DNA of 64,000 bases from Rhynchobatus australiae (Eukaryota), in NCBI GenBank assembly GCA_034780895.1, contig JAUZTB010000027.1, forward strand, positions 22,076,249 through 22,140,248, read 5' to 3'. A program made the position numbers and the translations under genes. This document shows positions 63,490 through 64,000 of the stretch, piece after piece (the stretch's first letter is position 1; each line of letters begins with the position of its first letter). The notes under the pieces were generated by a model. The model was not told the origin of the DNA. It worked only from the letters and a program-made list of their open reading frames with translations, and did not search any database.

Positions 63490-63800
63490 CAGAAAATCTG
63501 GATTCAGTTCTGACCTCAGGTGCTGTCAGGGTGGCGTGTGTATGTTCTCTCTTTGACCAAGCAAGTTTCTATTAGCTGCTCCAGATTTCTCCCTTATCCA
63601 AGAGTTGTGCTGGTATATTAATTTGCCACTGTACCCCTTAATGTGGACAGCAGAAAAAGTACCGTAGGGGAGTTGATGGGCATGTGAGGGAGAATAAGTG
63701 GTAGGGTTATAGCAGTATAGGAAAAGGGAATAGAACTGTTGAGATTCTTCTGCTGCGAGCTGGCATAGACTAAGTGGCTAAAATAGCCTCCTATTTCAGT
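63490..63800 (+). mobile_element. Decayed V-SINE
   Basis: ctggattcagttctgacctcaggtgctgtc...tgtatgttctc...gctccagatttctccc..atccaa core. Confidence 0.6.
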
Positions 63801-64000
63801 AAGCAAGGAAATGGGAAATACCAGTACAAATTTACTTCGCCCTCCCCACCACAATACTGTTTTAAACACATGGAGGTTTTAAATAAAATGTCTAATCTGA
63901 AGAAACATTTGAGATACACAAAAGGAGACTTAGAAATTAAGCTTCAAACCCAACTATGTGAAGGGACAAAAAAGAAACTTATCAGAGTGCATTCTTACTT

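Noticed and set aside
1-64000. CRISPR arrays, operons, tRNA or rRNA genes
   Set aside because: The DNA is vertebrate; no repeat-spacer arrays were seen, and tRNA-like boxes occur only as SINE heads.

Overview
Eukaryotic, gap-rich draft genomic DNA from a vertebrate. The CR1, Rex/Babar, Penelope and V-SINE repeat mix points to a cartilaginous fish (shark or ray); this is an inference. Genes found by reading splice sites and translating by eye: the penultimate coding exon of MVD (+), a complete 6-exon CYBA/p22phox gene (+, 9741-28853, 185 aa) whose intron 2 looks like a U12-type (minor spliceosome) intron, the last five exons of a type I classical cadherin, most likely CDH1 (-, 57539-61901), and a single isolated POLK exon (-, 54024-54162). 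The remainder is mostly transposon-derived: many CR1 fragments, a Rex/Babar LINE, an RTE LINE split by a Mag-type Gypsy LTR element lacking its integrase core, other decayed Gypsy pol relics, Penelope-like elements carrying minimal hammerhead ribozyme motifs plus palindromic derivatives of their 3' end, SINEs, and about ten ancient PIF/Harbinger transposase relics. One Harbinger relic appears to contain an in-frame spliceosomal intron. All family calls come from remembered motifs, not database searches, and repeat boundaries are approximate.
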